A DNA stretch of 32,000 nucleotides from Erysipelotrichaceae bacterium (GTDB lineage Bacteria; Bacillota_I; Bacilli_A; Erysipelotrichales; Coprobacillaceae): NCBI GenBank assembly GCA_028698185.1, contig JAQVDW010000017.1, forward strand, positions 7,885 through 39,884, given 5' to 3'. This document shows, piece by piece, positions 19,253 to 28,738 of this stretch. The translations under genes and the position numbers were made by a program. How positions within the stretch are numbered: position 1 is the first letter of the stretch; every line of letters starts with the position of its first letter. The notes below the pieces were generated by a model that was not told where the DNA came from, made no database searches, and worked only from the letters and a program-made list of their open reading frames with translations.

Positions 19253-20301
19253 ATCATTTGGAGGATTTCCTTTTTAAGTTCCTCAACGAGTTTTTCCTGA
19301 GGGATCTTGCGGATGATTTCACCTTTTTTAAACAGCAGGCCTTCATTGACTCCTCCGGCGATTCCGATGTCGGCCTCGCGGGCTTCACCGGGACCGTTGA
19401 CGGCACAGCCCATGATGGCTATGGTGATGTTGGCTTCCAGGTTGGAGATGAAATCCTCGATTTCCCGGGCGATCGGAATCAAATCGATCTGGGTCCGGCC
19501 ACAGGTCGGACAGGAAATCAGGGTCGGAACGCCTTCGATGAGCTGAAGCTCCTTCAAGATCGCCCGGGCAACCTTGATTTCTTCGACCGGATCTTCGCTA
19601 AGAGACACCCGGATGGTGTTGCCGATGCCCTGATAGAGGATTGTGCCGATTCCGATTGCTGACTTGATAGTCCCGCCAAAGGCAGTTCCGGCTTCGGTCA
19701 CCCCGACATGGAGCGGACATGAAAATGCCTGGCTGGCAAGTTCGTAAGCCTTGATGGTAAGCAGGGTGTTTGATGACTTGAGGGAGATGCAATAGTCATA
19801 GAAATCAAGCGATTCCAGTATGGCGACGTGCTTTTGGGCGGATTCGATCATCCCTTCAGGGGTCGGCCCACCATATTTCTGGAGGATTTCGCGCTCAACC
19901 GATCCGCTGTTGACACCAATGCGGATTGGGATGTTTTTCTCCTTGCATTTTTCCACTACAGCCTTTACGTTTTCGATCGAACCGATATTTCCGGGATTGA
20001 TCCGGACCTTGTCGATTCCCGATTCGATGGCAATTAGAGCCAATTTGTAATCGAAGTGGATGTCGGCTACCAATGGCAGGTTGACCTGGTTTTTGATCTG
20101 TTTGATGGCGTAGGCATCTTCCTGATTCAAGCAGGCCAGGCGCACGATCTGGCAGCCGGCCTTTTCCAGGGCGTTGATTTGGGCAACGGTGGCGGCGATA
20201 TCGCTGGTCTTGGTGTTGGTCATTGACTGGATGATAACCTTGTCGTTGCCGCCGATGGTAATGTTGCCGACATTGATTGAGCGGGTATTATTTCTTTTCA
20301 T
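19234..20301 (-). CDS. ispG: 4-hydroxy-3-methylbut-2-en-1-yl diphosphate synthase
   Basis: IQSMTNT, RLAC, RINPGN and the cluster cysteines CPTCGR...[10 protein letters not shown] chose ATG 20301 ([12 protein letters not shown]...) because it is preceded by aaggag. The track start at 20385 lies inside pepF. Confidence 0.92.
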   Translation of the reverse strand: MKRNNTRSINVGNITIGGNDKVIIQSMTNTKTSDIAATVAQINALEKAGCQIVRLACLNQEDAYAIKQIKNQVNLPLVADIHFDYKLALIAIESGIDKVRINPGNIGSIENVKAVVEKCKEKNIPIRIGVNSGSVEREILQKYGGPTPEGMIESAQKHVAILESLDFYDYCISLKSSNTLLTIKAYELASQAFSCPLHVGVTEAGTAFGGTIKSAIGIGTILYQGIGNTIRVSLSEDPVEEIKVARAILKELQLIEGVPTLISCPTCGRTQIDLIPIAREIEDFISNLEANITIAIMGCAVNGPGEAREADIGIAGGVNEGLLFKKGEIIRKIPQEKLVEELKKEILQMIKDNRQ

Positions 20302-22066
20302 GCATAGTCTCCTTGAATTGTTGTAGCAGGTTTTCAAAATAGCTAAAAGCGTCATTGTATATCCCATCATCCAACGGATCGACATGGGCGATCTTGAGCA
20401 GGTCGACTGGCGACATCGAACCGCCCGACTTCAGGAATTCCAGATAGGAAGCAACCTGTCCCTTGTCGCCATCCAGGATTCTTTTGACGATTGCTAGAGC
20501 GACGGTCATGCCCAGGGTGTATTTGTAGACATAGAAGTTATAGTAGAAATGTGGGATATAGTAACAGGAATGACCGGTCAGGCCGTCGAGTTTGACTTCT
20601 TCGCCGAAGTATTCCTGTGAAAGCTTAGCGTACAGTTCGGTTATTGTCTTTGATGAAAGAGGTTCGTCGGCCGCGGCTTTCTGGTGGAGCAGGTATTCGA
20701 ACTCGCCATACATCGGCTGGCGGAAAAGCAATCCCACGCAATTTTCCAGTTGTTCATAGATGAAGTAAGCCTTCTGTTCGGGTGTTTTCGCATTGGCGAT
20801 CATGTGGTTGATCAACAGGGTCTCATTGACCGTGGAAGCGACCTCGGCTACAAAAATGCGGTAAGAAGAGTTGATGTATTCCTGGTTGCTATTCGACAGG
20901 TAGCTGTGCACGCTGTGCCCTAGTTCGTGGATCAGGGTCGACAGGGAATTGTAGTCGTCGACATAATTCATAAGGATGAATGGTTTGGTCAAATAGCTGC
21001 CGCCCGAATAGGCTCCAGCCCGTTTTTTTTCATGGGGATAGAAGTCGATCCAGCGCTCATCCTTCGATTTTTCGATGATTTTTAGGTAGTCTTTCCCAAG
21101 TGGCGCCAGGGCGGTCTTGATGATCTCAAAAGCATCATCCACCTTGACCTTGTAATCGCTGGTGTTGACCAAGGGAATGTTCAAATCGTAATTACATAGC
21201 TCGTCAAGATCGAGAAGCTCTTTTTTCAGGCTGTTGTATTGGTGGAACAGCGGCCGGTATTTGACATTGGCCATTTCCAGGATCTTGAAAAACAGATCCT
21301 CGGGCACATCGTCATGGTAGACGGACGCCCCCAAGGGCGAATCGAATTTGCGGATTTTGGCGTAAATAGCATCCTTTTTCATGATGCCGGCCAATGTCGT
21401 CGCAAAAGTGTTCTCGAATTTCCGGTACTCCTGGAAAAAGTTGTGGTAAGCCTGCTTCCGGACGTTGCGGTCCTTGTTTTTAAGGAAGCGGGTCAGGGTG
21501 GCCGCATTCAAAAATTCCTTCTTGCCATTTATTTCGACAGGTTCATAATCGAAACGGATAGAATCGAAAACTTTTGAAGAAAGCGAGCTGATGGCATCGA
21601 ACTGGGCAATCAGCTGTTCGTTTTCTTCGCTTAGAAGGTGCTCCTTGAATTTGATGATTTCTTTGATGGCATAACGGTAAGATGCAAATCTGTCCTCACT
21701 TAGATATCCGTTTATCGTTTCACTGGCCTCAATGATTTTCAGGTCGATAAAGTTAAGCTCGACATTACCCTGGTTGGCAAACGCCATGACTTTTGCCATC
21801 AGGCTCTGAAGTTCCTGGTTTTCGGGTTCGACATCGCAAGCGAGGTGGCAGTAAGTGTACAGTTTTTCTAGCAGTTTGGAATACTCGTCCTGGTTTTTTA
21901 AAAAGGCGTAGAAGTTATCACTGTTGATTGTGAAACTGTCCTTGGCTTGTTTTAGATCTTCTTTGAGTCTTGATACTTTGTCGAAATCGGCGGTGAATGA
22001 TTGGTTGTCGGGATAAATTGTAGTCAAATCGAATGTGTATTGGATTGAAATGTCTTTTCTTTGCAT
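20288..22066 (-). CDS. pepF: Oligoendopeptidase F (M3B)
   Basis: 592 aa with the HELGHSVH zinc motif and a downstream E. aggagg SD 5 nt before ATG 22066. Confidence 0.88.
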   Translation of the reverse strand: MQRKDISIQYTFDLTTIYPDNQSFTADFDKVSRLKEDLKQAKDSFTINSDNFYAFLKNQDEYSKLLEKLYTYCHLACDVEPENQELQSLMAKVMAFANQGNVELNFIDLKIIEASETINGYLSEDRFASYRYAIKEIIKFKEHLLSEENEQLIAQFDAISSLSSKVFDSIRFDYEPVEINGKKEFLNAATLTRFLKNKDRNVRKQAYHNFFQEYRKFENTFATTLAGIMKKDAIYAKIRKFDSPLGASVYHDDVPEDLFFKILEMANVKYRPLFHQYNSLKKELLDLDELCNYDLNIPLVNTSDYKVKVDDAFEIIKTALAPLGKDYLKIIEKSKDERWIDFYPHEKKRAGAYSGGSYLTKPFILMNYVDDYNSLSTLIHELGHSVHSYLSNSNQEYINSSYRIFVAEVASTVNETLLINHMIANAKTPEQKAYFIYEQLENCVGLLFRQPMYGEFEYLLHQKAAADEPLSSKTITELYAKLSQEYFGEEVKLDGLTGHSCYYIPHFYYNFYVYKYTLGMTVALAIVKRILDGDKGQVASYLEFLKSGGSMSPVDLLKIAHVDPLDDGIYNDAFSYFENLLQQFKETMHEKK

Positions 22067-22077
22067 ATATCCTCCTA

Positions 22078-22107
22078 TAAAAAAAACTCTATCGATTAGA
22101 TAGAGTT
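22078..22107 (-). terminator. rpsT terminator/attenuator hairpin
   Basis: On the minus strand: aacucuauc-uaauc-gauagaguu followed by uuuuuuu. The rpsT stop codon sits in the loop, and the pepF SD follows immediately. Confidence 0.6.
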
Positions 22108-22356
22108 AACTAATTTTGCTAATCTAGATTTTTTTCTGCTAGCAGTATTTTTGTGGTTGATTCCTTTAGTTACAGATGCATCTAGTTTAGAAGCAGCTAC
22201 GTTGAATGCAGCAACAGCTTCTTCTTTATTTCCAGCTTCAACAGCAGCGTTGACTTTTTTGATTGCTGTTTTTAATGAAGATTTAAATGAAGCGTTTCTT
22301 GCTCTTTTGATGTTATCAGTTTTATAACGTTTAATTTGTTGTTTCATGTTTGCCAT
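22096..22356 (-). CDS. rpsT: 30S ribosomal protein S20
   Basis: 86 aa, basic. [10 protein letters not shown]...N...KS..KT.IKK pattern. ggaggtg SD. Confidence 0.93.
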   Translation of the reverse strand: MANMKQQIKRYKTDNIKRARNASFKSSLKTAIKKVNAAVEAGNKEEAVAAFNVAASKLDASVTKGINHKNTASRKKSRLAKLVNSI

Positions 22357-22386
22357 TAGTATTCACCTCCGTTAATATGCCACTAT

Positions 22387-22415
22387 ATTATACTTAAAAT
22401 ATCGGATAAATGCAA
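22387..22415 (-). promoter_or_regulatory. rpsT promoter (TTGCAT-17-TATAAT)
   Basis: Read on the minus strand. -35 at 22415-22410, -10 at 22392-22387, exact 17-nt spacer. Confidence 0.6.
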
Positions 22416-22508
22416 ATACTATTTTATATTTTTTGGCCGGAATTGATTGTCTTGAAATAATCGGTTGATTTTGGCTTTTGGAGGACAATTCTGGTACGAT
22501 TTCTTAAC

Positions 22509-22537
22509 TTGTTGTTACATTGGGGATGTGATATAAT
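22509..22537 (+). promoter_or_regulatory. pspA operon promoter (TTGTTG-17-TGaTATAAT)
   Basis: -35 at 22509-22514. TG-extended perfect -10 at 22532-22537, 40 nt upstream of ATG 22577. Confidence 0.55.
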
Positions 22538-22576
22538 TCGTATATAATGATATTTCTATCCAAGGAGGAATTAACT

Positions 22577-23260
22577 ATGGGTATTTTAAAGAGATTTTCG
22601 GACATCATGTCGGCCAATATCAACGCTCTACTCGATAAGGCTGAAGATCCTGAAAAAATGATTGATGAATATTTGCGTGACATGAGAAGTGACTATCAGC
22701 AAGTTAAAAGTGAGACTGCGGTTGTTCTCGCCCAGGCGAAAAATGCGAGTCGCGAAGTTGTCGAATGCGAACAGGAAATCGCCAATCTAACCGAATATGC
22801 CAAAAAGGCGGTCAAGGATAATAATGACAGTGACGCCAAAATATTTTTGGCGAAAAAGGTCCAATCGCAAGCCAAATTGGAATCATTGAAAAAAGAAGCG
22901 GCCATTTTTGATCAGAATGCGGCCAAAATGCGCCAGATGCATGACAAGCTTTTTGGCGACATCCAAATGCTTGAACAGAAACGGGAAATGCTTAAATCAA
23001 AATTGAAGATGGCTAAAACCCAGGAAAAAATGGCCGACATGGCCGGGAAGTATGCCGCTTCGACTTCGCTGGAATCTTTTGAAAGCATAGAAGACAGGAT
23101 CAATCAGGAAGTCGCAAAAGCCGAAGCGCTCGCTGAATTATCTTCTTCCACTCAGGACAGTGATGTGGAAACATTGAAGGAAAAATATCAGGACACAAAA
23201 GTTGACCAGGATGTCGATGATGAGTTGGCCGCTTTGAAAAAGGAAATGGGGATTCAATAA
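22577..23260 (+). CDS. pspA: PspA/IM30 family membrane-stress protein
   Basis: MGILKRFSDIMSANINALLDKAEDPEKMIDEYLRDM is nearly identical to my memory of the B. subtilis PspA N-terminus, and the rest is coiled coil. I chose ATG 22577 because it is preceded by aaggagg. The track start at 22547 lies just downstream of the predicted -10, with no SD. Confidence 0.92.
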   Translation: MGILKRFSDIMSANINALLDKAEDPEKMIDEYLRDMRSDYQQVKSETAVVLAQAKNASREVVECEQEIANLTEYAKKAVKDNNDSDAKIFLAKKVQSQAKLESLKKEAAIFDQNAAKMRQMHDKLFGDIQMLEQKREMLKSKLKMAKTQEKMADMAGKYAASTSLESFESIEDRINQEVAKAEALAELSSSTQDSDVETLKEKYQDTKVDQDVDDELAALKKEMGIQ

Positions 23261-24213
23261 TGGTTTTGTTCGCAAATCAATTTCAAAGCGTTGTAGAGTG
23301 GAATGAGACTCGGGATGACGTGATCTTTTTCAAATGGCAAAACAATGAGCTGAAAAAAGACTCGCGGCTGATAATCCGTCCAGGACAGGATGCAATCTTC
23401 CTTTATAACGGCAGAATTGAGGGGATCTTTGAGGACCCTGGTTCTTACGATATCGAATCACAGATCATCCCGTTTTTGACAACTCTCAAGTCGTTTAAAT
23501 TCGGATTCAACACTCCGTTAAAAGCGGAAGTTGTATTCATCAATACCAAAGAGTTTCTGGTCAAATGGGGAACAAAAAACCCGGTCAACCTGAAACATCC
23601 CAAACTGGCAGGGGGCATGCCGATCCGCTGTTTTGGGACTTTTGCCTTCAAAGTTTCCGATCGTGATGTCTTCATCGAAAAAATCGCCGGGATCCGTCAG
23701 ACTTTCTTTGTCGATGATGTCAAGGAACGGATGATATCGGCTTTGAATCCCTTACTGATGAGCTGGATTGCCAAAGAGGGACATGACATGTTCAATCTTC
23801 AAGCTGACGGGGATTCTATTTCCAAAGGTATCAAGGGCGACCTTGATTACGACCTCTTGAAAATCGGCTTGACCGTAACTGATTTCCGGATCGAAAGCTT
23901 TTCCTATCCTGAAGAGATTGTCCGCATGCAAAACAAGGTGGCTGGCCAAGCGATGGTCGACGATGTCTTGAAGTATCAAAATGTCGCCCTGGCTGATTCT
24001 ATGGAAAAAGGGACTGGCGATGGCATGGCCGCGAATATGGCACAGATGCAGATGGGATTCATGATGGGACAGGAAATGGTCAAACAGATGGAGCAACAAA
24101 AATCTGAGGGCAAAGCTCCTGCCGATGGGGCATATCCGAATTTCTGCCCCAATTGCGGTGCCAAGACAACCGGAAGCAATTTCTGTGGCGAATGCGGAAC
24201 CAAGCTGAGATAA
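23260..24213 (+). CDS. ydjI: SPFH/band-7-like protein with C-terminal zinc ribbon (YdjI-like)
   Basis: 317 aa. VVEWNE...F.W, LKSFKFGFNTPLKAEVVFINTKEF..KWGT.NP resemble B. subtilis YdjI. Met/Gln-rich linker, then CPNCGAKTTGSNFCGECG. TAATG overlap with pspA. Confidence 0.8.
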   Translation: MVLFANQFQSVVEWNETRDDVIFFKWQNNELKKDSRLIIRPGQDAIFLYNGRIEGIFEDPGSYDIESQIIPFLTTLKSFKFGFNTPLKAEVVFINTKEFLVKWGTKNPVNLKHPKLAGGMPIRCFGTFAFKVSDRDVFIEKIAGIRQTFFVDDVKERMISALNPLLMSWIAKEGHDMFNLQADGDSISKGIKGDLDYDLLKIGLTVTDFRIESFSYPEEIVRMQNKVAGQAMVDDVLKYQNVALADSMEKGTGDGMAANMAQMQMGFMMGQEMVKQMEQQKSEGKAPADGAYPNFCPNCGAKTTGSNFCGECGTKLR

Positions 24214-24214
24214 C

Positions 24215-25195
24215 ATGCAATACAAATGTAAAAACTGTGGCGGGAATGTCCTTTTTGATCCGGACAGCCAAAAAATGGTTTGTGCCCAGTGTTCATCGGA
24301 AAATTCGCAAGATATCATTTCGGGCAATTTGGAAAGTTGCCCCAACTGTGGGGCGCCTTTGGAGATTACCGATAAGACGACTTCTTCCAAATGCAATTAC
24401 TGCGGCAGCTATCTGATATTTGACAACCATCTTCAAAATGATTTTTTGCCCAATCTGGTGCTGCCGTTCAAAATTTCCAAAAACAAGGTACGGGATCTGA
24501 TAAATGAGAATTTTGGTAAAAGGATTTTTGTTCCAGACAATTTTCTCAATTACAAATCATTGGAAAAAATAGAGGGTGTCTATGTCCCTTTCTACCTGTA
24601 TGATTATCTTAGTCATTGCACTTTGGAGGCGGTTGGAATCAAAGACCGTTCCTGGCGGCAAGGCGACTATATCGTAACCGAACACCGTCATTATCAGATC
24701 TCTCGCGATCTCGATATTCCTTTTCACAAGGTTCCTGTTGACGGTTCGAAAGTTCTTGATGATGCGAAAATGAGTTTGGTCGAGCCTTATGACTATGACC
24801 AACTGCTCAGTTTCGACACTCAATTCCTATCGGGTTTTTTCTCCGATCAGGCCGACTTTGAAAAAGGTGACCTTGAAACCCTGGCCCAGGAAAAAGCCAG
24901 GGATTTCGCCAAAATAATTCTCAACCGCTCGGTTTCGGGATACACCCGGATAGTCAAAAACAGGGAAGAAATTGATTGTGCGAACATTGACAGTTACTAT
25001 GCCTTGATGCCGATGTGGATATACAGGTACAGTTTCATGGAAAAGGAATACGATATCTTCATAAACGGCCAAAACGGCAAAATCATCGGGGAGATTCCGA
25101 TTGATAAAAAGAAAGTATTCATCTATTTTAGCCTGTTCTTCATTGTCCTGGCTTTGATTATTGGATTGGGTCTTTCTTTGGCGGGGGCATTATGA
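24215..25195 (+). CDS. ydjG: Zinc-ribbon membrane protein (YdjG-like)
   Basis: 326 aa. Two N-terminal CxxC...CxxC ribbons (CKNCGG...CAQC; CPNCGA...CNYCG) and one C-terminal TM helix (FIYFSLFFIVLALIIGLGLSLAG). Confidence 0.7.
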   Translation: MQYKCKNCGGNVLFDPDSQKMVCAQCSSENSQDIISGNLESCPNCGAPLEITDKTTSSKCNYCGSYLIFDNHLQNDFLPNLVLPFKISKNKVRDLINENFGKRIFVPDNFLNYKSLEKIEGVYVPFYLYDYLSHCTLEAVGIKDRSWRQGDYIVTEHRHYQISRDLDIPFHKVPVDGSKVLDDAKMSLVEPYDYDQLLSFDTQFLSGFFSDQADFEKGDLETLAQEKARDFAKIILNRSVSGYTRIVKNREEIDCANIDSYYALMPMWIYRYSFMEKEYDIFINGQNGKIIGEIPIDKKKVFIYFSLFFIVLALIIGLGLSLAGAL

Positions 25196-26052
25196 TGACA
25201 ATAGTGAAAAGATTTGTACCGGGATTGGCCCTGGTGGTTGTTCTGGTGCTGGCCAATATCTTTATGGGATTTTTCCCTGCGAGCTTTTATGAGCGGACCA
25301 ATGAACAGACCACGACAACCCAGCGGGTTTTCGATTATGGCGATGTGTTGACTTTAAAACAGGAAACCGATCTGGAAGAGCTTATTGCAACCAAACAAAA
25401 GCAGACAAACAGCGACATCGTATTGGTGACATTGGACGAGTCGCTCGAAGAGTACGCCAAAGAATATGATCCAACGGCATACGGTAATGACTACACGATG
25501 ATCTATGCCGACAATTTTTACGAGCAATATATATTCGGATACAACGAGCCCTATGGCAACGGGGTCATGCTTGTTGACAACTGGTATCGAGAAGATGACG
25601 GATACGTCTATTCATGGATGCTAACTAGCGGGAATGCCATGGCCAAATACTCATCTTCGCAAATCGACAGTATTTTGAATGAATCGTTGGCCAATGTCGA
25701 TAATGACCCGTATGGTGCCTACACCAAATTTGTCAACCTGTACTATCGGGAAATGACCGGGAATTTTGTGGTTGAACCTGTTTACTATCTTGGGGCCTTG
25801 GCAGTTGCCTTAATCGGGGCTGTTGTCGCGACAGTCGCCCATCTCAAAAGAAACAAGGGAGTCAACACCGTGACTCCGTACACTTATTCTAATCAGGAAC
25901 AGACAACCGTCAACAAATCGCTCGACAACTACACCCACACGACCGTCAGCCGGGTTTATTCACCCGTGCAAAAAAGCCGGTCGGGAGGTGGCGGCGGAAG
26001 CCATACATCAGGCGGCGGCCACAGTTTCGGCGGTGGCGGTCATCGACGCTAA
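25192..26052 (+). CDS. ydjH: TPM-domain membrane protein (YdjH-like) with Gly/His-rich tail
   Basis: 286 aa. N-terminal TM, TPM-like core (VFDYGDVLT...DIVLVTL), second TM, tail SGGGGGSHTSGGGHSFGGGGHRR. ATGA-type overlap with the previous gene. Confidence 0.7.
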   Translation: MMTIVKRFVPGLALVVVLVLANIFMGFFPASFYERTNEQTTTTQRVFDYGDVLTLKQETDLEELIATKQKQTNSDIVLVTLDESLEEYAKEYDPTAYGNDYTMIYADNFYEQYIFGYNEPYGNGVMLVDNWYREDDGYVYSWMLTSGNAMAKYSSSQIDSILNESLANVDNDPYGAYTKFVNLYYREMTGNFVVEPVYYLGALAVALIGAVVATVAHLKRNKGVNTVTPYTYSNQEQTTVNKSLDNYTHTTVSRVYSPVQKSRSGGGGGSHTSGGGHSFGGGGHRR

Positions 26053-26079
26053 TAAAAGGTACTTATGGTACCTTTTATT
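26051..26079 (+). terminator. Rho-independent terminator of the psp module
   Basis: 12-bp stem aataaaaggtac/gtaccttttatt with a 5-nt loop and a T-rich 3' side. Confidence 0.7.
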
Positions 26080-26107
26080 GTTTGAATGCAAATTGGAAGG
26101 GAAACAC

Positions 26108-26136
26108 ATGTTATAGTTCCATTATTGTGCTATAAT
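26108..26136 (+). promoter_or_regulatory. fmt promoter with extended -10 (TGcTATAAT)
   Basis: -10 at 26131-26136 with TG at 26128-26129. The -35 is weak (atgtta). Confidence 0.45.
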
Positions 26137-26161
26137 GGTGATGCAAGAGAGGAGTTTAGCA

Positions 26162-27118
26162 GTGAAAGCAAAAGTATTGTTTATGGGAACAGCATCATTT
26201 TCCAGAGTTGTTTTGGAAAAGTTGATAGAAAATGAATATGATATAATCGGAGTCGTGACCCAGCCGGACCGTGTCGTTGGCAGAAAAAAAGTGCTGACTT
26301 ATCCGGAAGTCAAGGAACTTGCGCTAAAGCATAAGATTCCTGTTTTTCAGCCGGAAAACATAAAAAAAGAGTATGATGATATCTTGAGACTCAAGCCGGA
26401 TATTCTTATTACAGCGGCCTATGGCCAGATAATTCCGGAACCGATTCTCGAGATGGCTCCATTGAAGGCTATTAACGTTCATGCTTCGCTATTGCCGCAG
26501 TATCGCGGTGGGGCGCCAGTTCATCAGGCGATTATAGATGGCAACGAAAAGACAGGTGTGACCATAATGTATATGGTCAAAAAAATGGATGCCGGGAACA
26601 TCATTTCCCAGGCTGCTGTGGACATTGGACCCGATGAGACAACCGGGGAACTTTATGAACGTCTAAGTGTCGTTGGAGCCCAACTGCTTGTCGATACACT
26701 GCCTTCGATAATTGCCAAGACGAATGATTCGATTGTCCAGGACGAAGCATTGGTGAGCTATGCTCCGGTCATCACTCGCGCCAAGGAGTTCATTTCCTTT
26801 GAAAATCCTTGCCAGGTTGTCTTCAATCTGGTTCGCGGTTTGAATCCGTGGCCGGGAGGTTTTGCAAGATTTCAGGACCAGAACATCAAAATTTGGAATG
26901 GCAGATGCGAGATACGCCAAGTAACCGCCAAACCAGGCGAGATTGTCGAAATCGCAAAGGACGGCATAGGAGTTGCCTGTCTTGACGGTGTCTATTTCAT
27001 TGAAGACATCCAGATACCGGGAAAGAAAAGAATGCTGGTTAAAGACTATCTCAACGGAAAAAGCATATTCGATTTAGGGGATTGTTTCGATTCACAAATC
27101 CCTGATGAAATCAGATAA
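26162..27118 (+). CDS. fmt: Methionyl-tRNA formyltransferase
   Basis: FMGT..FS, VVTQPD, NVHASLLP.YRGGAP.H.AI..G motifs. I chose GTG 26162 because it is preceded by gagaggag. The track ATG at 26135 overlaps the -10 box. Confidence 0.9.
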   Translation: MKAKVLFMGTASFSRVVLEKLIENEYDIIGVVTQPDRVVGRKKVLTYPEVKELALKHKIPVFQPENIKKEYDDILRLKPDILITAAYGQIIPEPILEMAPLKAINVHASLLPQYRGGAPVHQAIIDGNEKTGVTIMYMVKKMDAGNIISQAAVDIGPDETTGELYERLSVVGAQLLVDTLPSIIAKTNDSIVQDEALVSYAPVITRAKEFISFENPCQVVFNLVRGLNPWPGGFARFQDQNIKIWNGRCEIRQVTAKPGEIVEIAKDGIGVACLDGVYFIEDIQIPGKKRMLVKDYLNGKSIFDLGDCFDSQIPDEIR

Positions 27119-27201
27119 GAAAAATGAATGCCCGGGTGAACCATCTTGGATGGTTGAACATTTATGAATGGTTTTTTGGGCAAATATTACGAGGAACATA
27201 A

Positions 27202-27447
27202 ATGGATTATAATGAACTTGGAAGAATCATAAGGAACCGGCGCAATTTCTTGGATCTAAAACAGGCAGATGTGGCTTCCGGTGCCAATGTGACAAATACT
27301 TTTTTATCCAATATCGAAAACGGGAAAGCCAATGTCATCGATATTGGCAAGCTCTATGCGATATGCGTCTATTTGGATTTGGATTTTAGCATATTTGTCA
27401 GACAGATTTCTCAAAATAAGCAAGATAGGATAGTGGGGGAATTATGA
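27202..27447 (+). CDS. XRE-family helix-turn-helix protein (DNA-binding domain only)
   Basis: 81 aa. The pattern LG..IR..R....L.Q.DVA....V...FLS.IENGK is typical of Cro/C1 HTH proteins. gagga SD. Confidence 0.7.
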   Translation: MDYNELGRIIRNRRNFLDLKQADVASGANVTNTFLSNIENGKANVIDIGKLYAICVYLDLDFSIFVRQISQNKQDRIVGEL

Positions 27448-28736
27448 ATACTGATTTATTTAAATTTATTGATGGTAGCCCGTCTCCGTTTCATGCGGTT
27501 GAACAGGTAAAAACAAAACTCAAGAAAAATGGGTTTGTGGAACTTCACGAATCCGGGATTTGGAATCTCGAACACGAAAAGAAGTATTTTGTGACCAGAA
27601 ATGGCACATCGCTGATCGCCTTTACCACCCCGGTAAGCTTTGATAGCTTGAAAATAACCGCGGCCCATAGTGATTCACCGACGTTTGTAATTAAGGAAAA
27701 CGGCCTTATCAACGACAAATCGATCAATCGTCTGAATGTCGAAAAATATGGCGGGATGATCATGTCATCTTTCTTTGACCGGCCGTTATCTTTGGCGGGA
27801 CGGGTGATGAGCGCTAAAGATGGCAAAATCACTTCGCAGCTGGTGAATATCGATTCCGATTTGTTGCTAATTCCCAACTGCGCAATCCACTTGAACAAGG
27901 ATGTCAATGATGGCTACAAATACAAGACCCAGGATGACATGTTCCCAGTGATTGGCCAGTCGCTCAAAAAATTGAACCTGAGCGACATTTTGAAAAGGCA
28001 GACTGCAATTGCCGACGAAATACTGGGATATGATTTGTATCTTTACAACCGCCAAAAGGCCGGATATTGGGGTATGGAAAAGGATTTCCTTTATGGCCCG
28101 AGAATTGACAACCTGGAGTCGGTTTATGGGATTTTCGAAGCCTTCACCAAAGTCCAAAGCAAGACTTCGTTGAACATGGCAATCACCTTCGACAACGAGG
28201 AGGTCGGATCGTCAACCAAGCAAGGTGCCGATTCCACATTCTTGATCGATACGTTAAGCAGAATCAAGGAGAAGTTTGGATTGACCAATGAGCATTACCA
28301 CCGTATGATTGCCAGAGGGATGATGGTGTCGTGCGACAATGCCCACGGATATCATCCCAACTACCAGTCGCTATACGACCAGAATGCTCCCAAGTTGAAC
28401 TTTGGAGTAGTGATAAAACATAATTCAAACCAGAAATACACGACTGACAGCTATTCGAGCGCGATTTTCAAATCGCTTCTAAAAATGGTCGATGTCCCTT
28501 ATCAGGATTACTATAATCATTCCAATCAGCAAGGCGGCTCAACTTTAGGCAATATTTCAAACACCCAACTCTCGTTGAATACAGTCGATATCGGTCTTGC
28601 GCAATGGGCGATGCACTCGGCGCTTGAATCGGCCGGGGCAAAAGATCTCAAATACCTCGTCTTAGGCTTGGTGGCTTTCTATCGTTATGATCTCGACATC
28701 CAAGGCGGAACTATCAATATCGCCAAAGGAGTTTGA
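27444..28736 (+). CDS. M18-family aminopeptidase
   Basis: 430 aa. AAHSDSP, RIDNL, DNEEVGS, SCDNAHG.HPN and WAMHSA metal-ligand motifs all appear present. ATGA overlap with the xre gene. Confidence 0.85.
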   Translation: MNTDLFKFIDGSPSPFHAVEQVKTKLKKNGFVELHESGIWNLEHEKKYFVTRNGTSLIAFTTPVSFDSLKITAAHSDSPTFVIKENGLINDKSINRLNVEKYGGMIMSSFFDRPLSLAGRVMSAKDGKITSQLVNIDSDLLLIPNCAIHLNKDVNDGYKYKTQDDMFPVIGQSLKKLNLSDILKRQTAIADEILGYDLYLYNRQKAGYWGMEKDFLYGPRIDNLESVYGIFEAFTKVQSKTSLNMAITFDNEEVGSSTKQGADSTFLIDTLSRIKEKFGLTNEHYHRMIARGMMVSCDNAHGYHPNYQSLYDQNAPKLNFGVVIKHNSNQKYTTDSYSSAIFKSLLKMVDVPYQDYYNHSNQQGGSTLGNISNTQLSLNTVDIGLAQWAMHSALESAGAKDLKYLVLGLVAFYRYDLDIQGGTINIAKGV

Positions 28737-28738
28737 AT

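Noticed and set aside
22443-22470. Direct repeat TTGATT x2 spaced 22 nt apart upstream of the pspA promoter, a possible response-regulator site
   Set aside because: A 6-nt repeat in an AT-rich intergenic region is expected by chance. It does not match the SigW or LiaR-type motifs as I remember them.
27136-27180. Possible fmt terminator (aaccatc-ttg-gatggtt followed later by ggtttttt)
   Set aside because: The stem is only 7 bp with a 3-nt loop, and the T run is 18 nt away from it. That is not convincing as an intrinsic terminator.
27124-27201. 25-codon ORF (MNARVNHLGWLNIYEWFFGQILRGT) ending exactly at the xre ATG
   Set aside because: No SD-like sequence precedes it, and it is too short to judge from sequence alone. 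I mention it under the xre operon finding but do not call it a gene.
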